Positions 8,202 through 16,841 of a DNA stretch of 24,653 bases are shown in pieces. Where the stretch lies: positions 1-24,653 of the IMG/VR virus record IMGVR_UViG_3300025274_000064; one strand, written 5' to 3'. This stretch comes from a virus. Lineage: Duplodnaviria > Caudoviricetes. The notes below the pieces were generated by a model. It saw only the letters and a list, made by a program, of their open reading frames with translations, was not told the DNA's origin and searched no databases. Every line of letters begins with the position of its first letter. Within the stretch, counting starts at the first letter, position 1. The translations under genes were made by a program, and so were the position numbers.

Positions 8202-8359
8202 GCTTCCTCCCTCGTACTTTCCTCGGCCTGCCGGGCTTCCTCCGCCTGTTCCTTGGCTACCCGCTCCCTGGCCTGAGCGTTGGTTTCTGCGAAGCTGGCC
8301 TCTATTAGGTCGGATTGTTCGGTTAATTCGGACCCTGGTATAGGTTCGGGGTCTGGCAT
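8198..8359 (-). CDS. Small acidic helical protein (53 aa), candidate immunity protein for the MuF toxin
   Basis: Hand-translated MPDPEPIPGSELTEQSDLIEASFAETNAQARERVAKEQAEEARQAEESTREEA; RBS GGAGGT. Immunity role inferred from position only. Confidence 0.55.
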   Translation of the reverse strand: MPDPEPIPGSELTEQSDLIEASFAETNAQARERVAKEQAEEARQAEESTREEA

Positions 8360-8363
8360 AATT

Positions 8364-10109
8364 TTACCTCCCGGTTAATGTCTCCCGAAATACCGTATTT
8401 ACTTGCCTAATATCGATGTGTAATACAACAGCCTCGGACTGTCTAGCGGTTGCCTCCCTGGTGATTTCCCGCCGTAATCCTAGAACCTCAAACCGCCCAG
8501 CTAAGATGCGTTCCCGTTCCCCTCCAGCACTAATATACGTGCTAATTGGCTCGATGTTCAACCCCCTGGCCCCGGACTCAACATTAAAGACAACGGACGC
8601 TTCCGTTTCTGACACTCCAGTCCCCGCAAATGACTTTCCTTTATCCAAACTCGTAGACCAGCTTGATATCTGGGTCTCAAAATTTTTCCCGATTGCATAT
8701 TCCGCCTCAAAGTCTGCAACGGTTTTACCCTCCACCCGGATACCCCTATAAAGGGGCTTGTCTATCCTAGGGGCCACAGATACAGCTTCGGCTATTGTGG
8801 CCCCTGTTCGCTCTGGCCCGGTTAGATTGGATACGTCGCTACCGTCTACCCACCACCTGGCCCCGGTCCTCATTCGTTCATTCCCGCCAGTGGTCCAATG
8901 GTTTATGGCTCCTACTAGGTCGTCTCCATCGGGAGTGTCGGCCATAGTCTTAACATTGGTTGTAATTATATTATGAGCATCGCCACCATCCAGAGGGCTT
9001 GGTAACGTATCTATCTGGGCGGCTGGTTGGCTAAATCGGCTCTGTGGGGGCTTTACGGGCCTCGGCCTACCCAGGGGCCGGGTAACCGCCGACTTGCCCC
9101 AGATGGGGGAGTCCAGGACCATGACAAAGTCGTCGAACCCGATGGTCCCGTTCTGCCATTGGCGATACCGTTCCTTCCCCAGCATGTCCCGCTGTACCGA
9201 CGAGGGCTGCCGGTCGAACCACTGTTTAGCCGACTCCGGTGGGGTCAGGTCCTCCGGTACGTCCAGCCCCAGGTCGGCGTAGGTGACCGTTACCGGGACC
9301 ATAGCGCATCGGCATCCTGGGTGGCTGTCGATGGGTTCGTTCGTCTCGTATTGTTTCCCGTCCAGGGACAGACAGGCCGGACAGGTCCTCCCGTCCTTGG
9401 AGGCCGACCGCTGCCAGCCCTTAACGACGGCCTTGTTGCTTTCGTAAGTCGCCCTGGTGGACTCCCGGTAGGCCCGGAGAGTTTCCGTCCGGCTAATCAG
9501 CAAGGACCGGGTCAACCCCAAACCAGTCTTGTCGGTGATAAGGGCTGCCGTCTTGCGGGGGGAGAACCCCCTGGCTATCCCCTGGGATATGCCCTCCGTG
9601 ACACCCTGAGCCGTATCCTGGCCCAATGGGGCCAATAGCCGACCCAGAGGCGCACCATCACCGGAGATGCCCGCAAACGCCTCCACAGCGCCAGCAGGGA
9701 GGGTATTCCATTCCACCCCTACCGCCGCCAAGGTATCGGTGCTTATCCCCACCGGGAGGCGGGCATCGACGGTGGACCGGACCCCTGCCTCGGCTATCCC
9801 TACCGCGTCCCGTTGGGCCTGGGTGATTAGGTCCCCGGCGTCAACGGCAAACTTGGCAACGTCCCGCTCTACCTGGGCTATCAAGGCCCTGTACCGCTTG
9901 AGACGCTGCGTCTGGGCAAAGGTAAGGTCCTTTTCGGCGACCTCCGCCAGTAGAAGGGCAATCTCGCTCTGAATCCCTCGGTGGATGGGTATGTAGCGCC
10001 GGATCATTTCGGCAGCGGCTTGTTGCTCCCTGCCAAGAACAGCGGCCCGGAACTTGCGAACAGACGCTACGGCTTCCGGCTCAGGCATGTATCCATTCCC
10101 AGTAGCCAT
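8364..10109 (-). CDS. Minor head protein MuF (SPP1 gp7) with C-terminal ADP-ribosyltransferase domain
   Basis: ISRTETLRAY, DGRTCPACLSLDG and HPGCRC (MuF); LYRG...SSWSTS...ERE (R-S-E ART signature). Confidence 0.85.
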   Translation of the reverse strand: MATGNGYMPEPEAVASVRKFRAAVLGREQQAAAEMIRRYIPIHRGIQSEIALLLAEVAEKDLTFAQTQRLKRYRALIAQVERDVAKFAVDAGDLITQAQRDAVGIAEAGVRSTVDARLPVGISTDTLAAVGVEWNTLPAGAVEAFAGISGDGAPLGRLLAPLGQDTAQGVTEGISQGIARGFSPRKTAALITDKTGLGLTRSLLISRTETLRAYRESTRATYESNKAVVKGWQRSASKDGRTCPACLSLDGKQYETNEPIDSHPGCRCAMVPVTVTYADLGLDVPEDLTPPESAKQWFDRQPSSVQRDMLGKERYRQWQNGTIGFDDFVMVLDSPIWGKSAVTRPLGRPRPVKPPQSRFSQPAAQIDTLPSPLDGGDAHNIITTNVKTMADTPDGDDLVGAINHWTTGGNERMRTGARWWVDGSDVSNLTGPERTGATIAEAVSVAPRIDKPLYRGIRVEGKTVADFEAEYAIGKNFETQISSWSTSLDKGKSFAGTGVSETEASVVFNVESGARGLNIEPISTYISAGGERERILAGRFEVLGLRREITREATARQSEAVVLHIDIRQVNTVFRETLTGR

Positions 10110-10581
10110 CTGCTCCGAAATGTTTAGCTGTCTTGCGCCCCAAATTGTCTGGCGTGTAAGTTTCCCCTAGCGGATGGTTTGCAGGGGGTTCCAAAATGTT
10201 GTCGGTACCCCCTCGATGATACGGTCTATCAAAGGAACACGACACATCATTGGGAGACTCTTCGGCTTCAATACGCGGACGTTCCCATCCATAAGGACCC
10301 ACGGACCGCTTACGCCGCCGCTTGGGCCGATCTATAGCCGGAAATTGGGCTGGAGGCGGGCGGTGGAGGCGGGCGTGTGCTCTGGCAAGGATACGGCTTC
10401 GTTCTCTAGCCTTTTTCAGTTCCTGGTCTGATATCATGCCCGTTGGATTGACCACTAATTCATATCCAACAGACCCTTCAAAATACATGCGCCCCTGAGG
10501 CCAGGCAATGGCGTAAAGCCGACCAAGATATGTGCCTGTAATAGGCAATGCCCAGGCTTCCCCCTCAGGATAATCAGGCAT
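10081..10581 (-). CDS. Hypothetical protein (166 aa)
   Basis: Overlaps both neighbours slightly; basic RPKRRRKR patch; no recognised family. Confidence 0.5.
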   Translation of the reverse strand: MPDYPEGEAWALPITGTYLGRLYAIAWPQGRMYFEGSVGYELVVNPTGMISDQELKKARERSRILARAHARLHRPPPAQFPAIDRPKRRRKRSVGPYGWERPRIEAEESPNDVSCSFDRPYHRGGTDNILEPPANHPLGETYTPDNLGRKTAKHFGADGYWEWIHA

Positions 10582-10741
10582 AGAACTGGCCCACCATGAG
10601 CATAGCCAACCGGACTACCTCCTGGTAGCGGTCTTTGGGGCAGCCAAATTCGTCAAAGCTGCCCGGCTCATACCAATCCGCCGATGCGACAGCGTCAATG
10701 GCTTCCTGCCGCTGAATGGCCCAGCCCAGTGTCTTATCCAT
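10574..10741 (-). CDS. Small hypothetical protein (55 aa, MDKTLGWAIQRQ...)
   Basis: Hand-translated; RBS GGGAGAG; tight packing. Confidence 0.5.
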   Translation of the reverse strand: MDKTLGWAIQRQEAIDAVASADWYEPGSFDEFGCPKDRYQEVVRLAMLMVGQFYA

Positions 10742-11075
10742 CTATCGCTCTCCCATCCTCACCAACCTGGTCAGGGAAACACGCTGGGCAGAACCAAACG
10801 TAAGGCCCCCCTGACCAGTTGGACCCGGTGTTCTATACACCAGCGCCCGGCCCTACCGGTCCCAGTCCCTTTGCTACGTCGCATTCCGCACAGTCCATTA
10901 CCATCCAGAGTCCACGAGGGTTACCGATCACGCGCTTGCCCGTGTCGTCGCACCACGGTCAATTAGGCTTGAGATGGTTCCGAGCCCGCTCGACCAAGTC
11001 ATCCCAGAACTGCCACCGGGTTAGCCAGTTGAACCCCAGGATGAGGTATGCCAGTGCCGTCTTTAGTTGTTTCAT
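10734..11075 (-). pseudogene. Zinc-finger protein frame interrupted by TGA (10959-61) and TAG (10833-35)
   Basis: MKQLKT...KPN*PWCDDTG...DCAECD...GV*...WFCPAC in one frame, with coupled start and end. Confidence 0.45.
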
Positions 11076-11206
11076 CACAACCCCCAACCAGGGTGTTTCC
11101 AGAATGGGCCGCAGACCTGGGGAAGTAACACACCTACGCCAAGGCCGAACGCCCACACCAGGATAACGGTCCAGATCACAGCTAAGGTTCCCCACAGTTT
11201 AGCCAT
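11075..11206 (-). CDS. Small membrane protein (43 aa)
   Basis: MAKLWGTLAVIWTVIPVWAFGLGVGVLLP...; TAATG and TGATG couplings on both sides. Confidence 0.55.
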   Translation of the reverse strand: MAKLWGTLAVIWTVILVWAFGLGVGVLLPQVCGPFWKHPGWGL

Positions 11207-12660
11207 TATGGGGTCCCGCCCTCAATGTTCCCGGCCGTGAACCCCCTAAGTATCTCAGCACCAACGTTTGCATCCCGAACCTTGGTGGCCGTCTGATCCT
11301 CCAGCATTCGGTCAATCTGTTCCTGGTCGTAGCCCATCTCCCGCCATAGCTGTTCCTGGGACACCCCCAGGGCGGCTTTCTTTTCCAACGACTCCAGGAA
11401 CGCTACCTCGTTGCGGGTGTTGGGATCATCCCAGCCTACTTCAAACCGCTCAGTGAGTTCTCCCACCGACTGGCCGAACGTTTCCTGGACTTTGAGGGCG
11501 AAGGCCATAACGTCCTCCCACCCATTGCCGAACCGGACCTGTCGGTCCTTGGCCTTGGCTATCAACCCCGACTCCGCCGTTTTAAGGGCCTCCCCGGACG
11601 GCGCACCGCCCATTAGCTGGAATAGGTACTGGGGGGTCCGGGTAGTGCCAGCGATGTGCTGAACCAGGGCGTCCATAGTCTTGAGGGCCCCCTCCGGGCT
11701 GTCTGCCGGGATAGTGCCAACCTTGGAGGTCCCTCCCTCATCGTCGGACTTCATGCTCCAGAACGCGCCTGGAATCATATCAACCGCTGTTCTGTCCAGG
11801 TTCATGTCCACCACGTAGGCCCGACCAAACCCGGCGTTGTCGTTAATCATCGCCAGGTCAATCAACGTCTTGTTGAGTAGATCCTGGATATGTATGGCGT
11901 TCCGTAGTTCGGACTGCCCGAAGTCTGACCCGGCTGGCTTGTTGCGGAAGTGGAAGATGTTGACGCCCATTGGCTGCCCGGCCTTGTCCAACCAGGGCTG
12001 GGGCCAGCCTTCCTCCCCTGGGTCCCGGTGTTTCTGCCAGACGGTATCCTTGGGCCCTACAGCGTACTTCTCTATCCGGTCTGGATAGTACAGGTTTAGA
12101 CGGGTTAGCATGTCTTCCCCGATGGGACGCTCAACCCATTTTTTGCTTGCCATGTCGATGCGCCTGGTGGCCTCGTTGTAGTGGGGGATGATGGTCTCAG
12201 GAAGCTGGTGGGTTATGAATACCCGGCCTTCCTGGGGGTCCCAGTCCACCAGGACGTAAGAATCGCCCACCATGACCGACTCGGTGTGGACTATGCTATG
12301 GGTCTCATCCATGCGGTTGGCTTGCCAGGTATTCCAGGCCCACTCTGCCACGGGCTTAGAGTCCCCGTCCTCGTTGGTCCCGAAGGACGTAACCATAAGC
12401 CGCTCGGCCAAGGCGTCGACCACGACCTCCATAAAGTTGTCCCGGAACTTCAAGTCCCCGCTGTTAAGACCGCTGTTGAGGAACTTTTTTAGCCGGTCGG
12501 TTAACTCGGTCGGGTGATCCCCGCCGTAATACCGGCGGAACAAAGCGTAGTCGGCCCGGCGCTCGGCCTCCATCTTCTGGAGCCAATCGTTAAGGGCCAC
12601 CATGTTGGGGTCCCCAAAGGACAACCCGTTGACGAATACCTCAACTGCTTGGAGTACCAT
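11206..12660 (-). CDS. Portal protein, SPP1 gp6-like
   Basis: RYYGGDH, NFMEVVVDALAERL, GDSYVLV, IFHFRN, GQSEL, PSGEALK, RQVRFGNGW motifs; RBS GGAGGT. Confidence 0.92.
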   Translation of the reverse strand: MVLQAVEVFVNGLSFGDPNMVALNDWLQKMEAERRADYALFRRYYGGDHPTELTDRLKKFLNSGLNSGDLKFRDNFMEVVVDALAERLMVTSFGTNEDGDSKPVAEWAWNTWQANRMDETHSIVHTESVMVGDSYVLVDWDPQEGRVFITHQLPETIIPHYNEATRRIDMASKKWVERPIGEDMLTRLNLYYPDRIEKYAVGPKDTVWQKHRDPGEEGWPQPWLDKAGQPMGVNIFHFRNKPAGSDFGQSELRNAIHIQDLLNKTLIDLAMINDNAGFGRAYVVDMNLDRTAVDMIPGAFWSMKSDDEGGTSKVGTIPADSPEGALKTMDALVQHIAGTTRTPQYLFQLMGGAPSGEALKTAESGLIAKAKDRQVRFGNGWEDVMAFALKVQETFGQSVGELTERFEVGWDDPNTRNEVAFLESLEKKAALGVSQEQLWREMGYDQEQIDRMLEDQTATKVRDANVGAEILRGFTAGNIEGGTP

Positions 12661-12889
12661 TGGGCGCTACCTCCCGGTGTTCCTCACTTAATCCCAGATG
12701 GATTAGAGTCGCCATCACCCTAGAGTGGGTGTCTGGCCTATTTGTTAACTCCAACTTGTGGAATATGAGATTGCAGTAGTTCTCTACTGCCCTGATGGAT
12801 ATTGTCAGCCGATCCGCTATAACCCGGTTGTTCGCGCCTGTAGCTACCTCGGCCAGTACCTCCGTTTCCCTAGGTGTTAACTGAATCAT
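12641..12889 (-). CDS. Stand-alone LuxR/NarL-type HTH regulator
   Basis: LTPRETEVLAEVATGANNRVIADRLTISIRAVENY...IFHKL; ATG 12889 with GGAGGT RBS. Confidence 0.85.
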   Translation of the reverse strand: MIQLTPRETEVLAEVATGANNRVIADRLTISIRAVENYCNLIFHKLELTNRPDTHSRVMATLIHLGLSEEHREVAPNGTPSS

Positions 12890-13110
12890 ACCGGTACCTC
12901 CCCGGTGATCCCAGGCCGCCAAGGGACGTGATAGATCACTGCCGTTAGTTCAAGCCGGAAGTCTCCGGTTAGTTGCTCCGGGTCGCTCTCAAGCGTTGGA
13001 ACGTACCGGGCTAGATGCTGGGGGACAAGCTCCCCGGTCTCTATCCGGTGGATGGTCTCATGGAGGATGCGAACGAGGTTATCCCTGGGGGACGGTGCCG
13101 GCTGGATCAT
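12886..13110 (-). CDS. Hypothetical protein (74 aa)
   Basis: ATGA overlaps at both ends. Confidence 0.6.
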   Translation of the reverse strand: MIQPAPSPRDNLVRILHETIHRIETGELVPQHLARYVPTLESDPEQLTGDFRLELTAVIYHVPWRPGITGEVPV

Positions 13111-13469
13111 GACGTAGCTTTCTCGGCTTTTTGGACGTCATAGCCATGGTAACGTTCGTAAACTGGCAGTAACACATCATTCCACAGCGGTTTGACTTCC
13201 TCCATCACAGATGCGTATGTGAGATGTTCAAAGGAACACCGACGCACCATTTCCTCCGCACACCGAATTGCTAGGCTCTGGTCAATGAATGGCTCGCCGA
13301 TTCGATACCCGGTCGGCTCATGGGTAATTGAATATTGGGCGTCCCCATGCTCCCGACTCCGCCCGATGTGTGCTATCGCCAATCCCTCCCCCACCCTGAT
13401 TCCAGGGCGCGGCTCCAATACCCCATCTGGCGGGGTTGCTATCACCAATGCGATCTGTTTAGTTTTCAC
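13107..13469 (-). CDS. Hypothetical protein (about 120 aa)
   Basis: GTG 13469 after GAGGT; contains YSITHEPTG. Confidence 0.6.
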   Translation of the reverse strand: MKTKQIALVIATPPDGVLEPRPGIRVGEGLAIAHIGRSREHGDAQYSITHEPTGYRIGEPFIDQSLAIRCAEEMVRRCSFEHLTYASVMEEVKPLWNDVLLPVYERYHGYDVQKAEKATS

Positions 13470-13479
13470 GACAATAACC

Positions 13480-14994
13480 TCACTCTGGAATAATCCCGGT
13501 GTCGGTGTCAACGTACCGCTCCGCAGTATGCCCCATGGCGTTGTTGGAGGCCGTCTGGGCGTACCGGTCCATACGGGTGCTTTTCTTGGCTGCGCCCACG
13601 TAGGCAAAGGTCATTGCCAAGGCGTCAGCCTCATCTGGGCTAGGGGCCCCGCGTTCCTTCATTTTTACCTTGCTTTCCAACCGGATCGTACTGTCTCGCT
13701 GTAGTTCATAGGTCCGGGTCGTTATCTGTGATATTAGGGCGTCGTCGTTCTCTATGTCAAGAATATCAAACGCTTGCCTCATGCGCCACCATGCCTCTGC
13801 GATCCGGTTGAAGTACCGGGTAGGCCGGTGGGCCCTGGCCCCGCCAACAAAGGGTATCAACTTGACCCGGTTATTAAGGCCCCGTCGGGCGAACGTTTCT
13901 CTGCACATATCGAACACCCCGGCCCCCACCCCCACGGTGTCGATTACGACCGTCTCTATGAGGGGGTCTCCCTCGACCAGTTCCAGGACTTTACCGGCCA
14001 GATGGGTGGTAGGCCGTCCGTTGATCTTGTAGACCTTCCTGGCGACTGCGCCCTGGCGGCGGTAGATCACCGAGTCATCTTCCCCGAACCGGGCCACGTC
14101 GACCCCCAGAACCGCCTCCGCCCCAGCCAGTTGCACCGTCCTCTGAACCGCTGCCTCCGCCTGGGCTAGGTTGATGATGGCATCCTCGGTATTGTCCGGG
14201 AACTCCCCTAGAACCCTGGCCTTGTATACCGGGCTGTTCTCCCCAAACCTGTCCTTCCATCCCTGGATGGACGCGATGGTCGCCAGACCGGGCACTACGA
14301 TGCGGCCCTCGGTAACGTTAGGGCTATCGAAGGCCGAGACGGTTATGGGGTTGTAGAGTTCCCGAAACTGGTTAAAGGACCGGTAGAACTCCCCGGCGGT
14401 CGCCAGGGGGTTGCCGGTAAGGATCAGCCGTTCTGGGCCTAGGCTTAGTAGCGCCTCAATCTCTGTGTCCTCGACAGCCTGGGCCTCAGTTACTATGACC
14501 AGCATGTGGGGGCTATGGAAGCCTTGAATACCCGACCCCGTCCCCCCAGCGTCGGCGCTAAAGCCCTGGGCGTACCTGGTGTCACTTATCTCGTACCGGG
14601 CTGCCCTGGGGTACATATAGCCGGGGAGGCCCCCTACGGCGCCCCTGTAGCCTTCCCTGGTGTTCCTCCAGATAATGTCGGACACCTGCCGGGACGTGGG
14701 CCCGTAGACGATGGTTATGGCCTCATCGTGGACATATTGCCACCAGAGGACCAGCCGCCCGGTCGTAAAGTCCTTGCCGGTAGAATTAGCCCCCTTGACC
14801 GTGGTCTGAGTGTGGTTTTTGAGAGACCAGGCAATCTCAGCCTGTTTGTCGGTCAATAGACTGCATTGTAACTTGTACCGGAGGAACCATTCCGGGTCGT
14901 CCCAGGCATGGCGCCGGTCGTCGTACTCCCCGCCCTCCAGATGGGCCACCCGTACCAGGCTGTCCCAGTTGACCGGATTAACTAACTGAGTCAA
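13480..14994 (-). CDS. terL: Terminase large subunit
   Basis: Walker A GANSTGK, QGFH, variant Walker B LVIVTE, TGNP, ARVLGEFP; nuclease LGVDVARFGED and SPDEADALA. Confidence 0.92.
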   Translation of the reverse strand: MTQLVNPVNWDSLVRVAHLEGGEYDDRRHAWDDPEWFLRYKLQCSLLTDKQAEIAWSLKNHTQTTVKGANSTGKDFTTGRLVLWWQYVHDEAITIVYGPTSRQVSDIIWRNTREGYRGAVGGLPGYMYPRAARYEISDTRYAQGFSADAGGTGSGIQGFHSPHMLVIVTEAQAVEDTEIEALLSLGPERLILTGNPLATAGEFYRSFNQFRELYNPITVSAFDSPNVTEGRIVVPGLATIASIQGWKDRFGENSPVYKARVLGEFPDNTEDAIINLAQAEAAVQRTVQLAGAEAVLGVDVARFGEDDSVIYRRQGAVARKVYKINGRPTTHLAGKVLELVEGDPLIETVVIDTVGVGAGVFDMCRETFARRGLNNRVKLIPFVGGARAHRPTRYFNRIAEAWWRMRQAFDILDIENDDALISQITTRTYELQRDSTIRLESKVKMKERGAPSPDEADALAMTFAYVGAAKKSTRMDRYAQTASNNAMGHTAERYVDTDTGIIPE

Positions 14995-15130
14995 GGACTA
15001 TCTCCATCAGCATGCCGCCAGCCGCCACGACAGCCCGCTCCAAGGGGCCATTTTTATCGACTTTATCCCAAAACCTAGCTTTGTCATTGCCATAAGTATA
15101 TTGGTTGTGCCTGAGTATGGCGTCAGTCAC
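14978..15130 (-). pseudogene. Truncated HNH-endonuclease remnant (50 aa)
   Basis: GTG with AAGGAG RBS; contains RFWDKVDKNGP, typical of phage HNH N-termini, but no HNH core. Confidence 0.5.
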
Positions 15131-15174
15131 GGCGTAGCTCCTTGATGGCACAGTACCTTACTCGGTCTATAGAC

Positions 15175-15966
15175 TTAGACATCGGGGAATTCCAGTTGAC
15201 AGCTTTGACATAATGGCCCTGGAGGTTTCTTGGATTTAACGCCTCCTGGTCCCCAGGTGCATCGTTTTACCCCCATTGTGCGTAGCTCATCCTCCAAGGT
15301 CCGTATACGTTTTCCCACGTCAGGGAACCAAATCTCTAGCCACTCCAGTTCTTTATTTTTGGGATCAGCGAAAGCCCCGCACAGACATTCCCCGCTCATA
15401 TGAAGTAGTTCAACCACTTGGTTTCTTGGTAATTTATGCTCTCGGCGATACTCCAGCAAGTCCTCATTGGTGAAATGGTGAATTGGTGCCACCCATACCG
15501 TGTTACCTTCTCGGCGCACTGGCTCTACATAGGCCATCCGTCTCCGTGATTCTGAGGTCCGCACCCCAGTAATAAAGAGCACACGCCGGTTTTGCCCAGC
15601 CTGTGCTTCTCGCCGTACGTCTCGTAACGGACGCTCTTTTAACCAACTATACATATACCGATGGGCACCAGGACCAGGGAAGCCATGTTCTCGGACCAAA
15701 TCTTCATAGGTGCGTGGGCCGTATTTCTCAATGAGGGGAGTGCCCAACCATTCGGCAAATTCTCTGGTAAAAATCCTAGGTTCTTCCACGCCGATTCCGG
15801 TATTGATATGCACAAAAGCATCGATAGGCGGACCATAAGTTTTAGCCAAATGTGCAACAGTAGTCGAATCATTACCCCCAGACACAAGGACATAAGTTTT
15901 GATTGGATTGTAGTCTCTAACAGCCGCAGCTAATACCTCTACACTACGCTCAATGAGTTGATCCAT
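15175..15966 (-). CDS. PAPS-reductase-family (PP-loop) protein
   Basis: SGGNDS PP-loop, INTG, GFPGP, LKERP, TGVRTSESRRR, API..F, SGECLCGAF; ATG 15966 with AGGAGG. Confidence 0.85.
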   Translation of the reverse strand: MDQLIERSVEVLAAAVRDYNPIKTYVLVSGGNDSTTVAHLAKTYGPPIDAFVHINTGIGVEEPRIFTREFAEWLGTPLIEKYGPRTYEDLVREHGFPGPGAHRYMYSWLKERPLRDVRREAQAGQNRRVLFITGVRTSESRRRMAYVEPVRREGNTVWVAPIHHFTNEDLLEYRREHKLPRNQVVELLHMSGECLCGAFADPKNKELEWLEIWFPDVGKRIRTLEDELRTMGVKRCTWGPGGVKSKKPPGPLCQSCQLEFPDV

Positions 15967-16264
15967 CCGTCGCCTCCTGTGCAAACCTGTCATAATCAAA
16001 CGGGGCACAACGGCCATGCTCCATATCTGACAACTCTTTAGGATGGATACCCAGGCGTTTCGCTTCTTCACGTAGGCTCATATCTCGTAGCTGCCGGTCT
16101 TTAGACATGGCGATGCCTCGGATTTTCCAGTCGGCAGTTTCCGGTGTAATCACACCTGTCCCGTCACAGGTGTTGCACGTAATTTGTATCTGGCGAAAAC
16201 CCGGACAACCATATCCAACAGTTTTCCCTGAACCGCCACAATCAGAACACGTCTTATCTATCAT
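15950..16264 (-). CDS. DnaJ-type zinc finger fused to XRE-like HTH
   Basis: CSDCGGSG..CNTCDGTG, then MSLREEAKRLGIHPKELSDMEHGR; RBS AAGGAG. Confidence 0.75.
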   Translation of the reverse strand: MIDKTCSDCGGSGKTVGYGCPGFRQIQITCNTCDGTGVITPETADWKIRGIAMSKDRQLRDMSLREEAKRLGIHPKELSDMEHGRCAPFDYDRFAQEATDGSTH

Positions 16265-16274
16265 TATTCTCCTT

Positions 16275-16787
16275 TCAGCACCCGCTCAATTCGGGGTTGC
16301 TGGTCTCATGGGTTACCTCCAGATCGAAGATATCACGATGAAAGGCTGGTGCCTCTTTCGGCGCAACCACGGCGGCCAATCCCTGGTAAACAGCCCTCCG
16401 CAACTGCGCCCTATCCTGATTCAACATTCCCCATGGCAAAACCTCGCCCTCTAGCGGGGTGATCCCCTGGGCGCTAAACCGAGTGGCAGTTATCTCGCCC
16501 AGGCAATTGAAGGTTATAACCTTGCTGCCCCCAAAAGGAACTGTTCGAAAGATAAACCGCCGACCGTCTCCCGGTGGGCATTGCATCCATTGTCCTTTTC
16601 TCCAAATCGGTATGTGCGGCCTTCGATACCAGTAGATCGTAACTTGATAACTACCCCCACGAGTGATATGCCGGGCTAACCTCTGTCCTCCGGTCCCTGC
16701 ATACGTTTTCCCCTTCCAAATGTCTGACCATGGTTTTGCTATCTCCCCCAAGGTCATTCCCTGGGGCGCCTTCCAGCTTGTTAACAT
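16275..16787 (-). CDS. Hypothetical protein (about 170 aa)
   Basis: ATG 16787 after GGAGGGAAAAGG; no recognised family. Confidence 0.55.
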   Translation of the reverse strand: MLTSWKAPQGMTLGEIAKPWSDIWKGKTYAGTGGQRLARHITRGGSYQVTIYWYRRPHIPIWRKGQWMQCPPGDGRRFIFRTVPFGGSKVITFNCLGEITATRFSAQGITPLEGEVLPWGMLNQDRAQLRRAVYQGLAAVVAPKEAPAFHRDIFDLEVTHETSNPELSGC

Positions 16788-16800
16788 TCCTTTTCCCTCC

Positions 16801-16837
16801 AAAAGAAATAGCCCTGGTCTCCCAGGGCCGTATTATA
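16801..16837 (-). terminator. Terminator-like hairpin preceded by a TATAAT box
   Basis: GCCCTGG-GAGA-CCAGGGC followed by TATTTCTTTT; TATAAT at 16837-16832. Confidence 0.5.
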
Positions 16838-16841
16838 ACGT

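Noticed and set aside
15175-15966. Dnd/Ssp phosphorothioation system or sulfate-assimilation cysH
   Set aside because: No dnd, ssp or cys partner genes in the window; only family-level PP-loop similarity.
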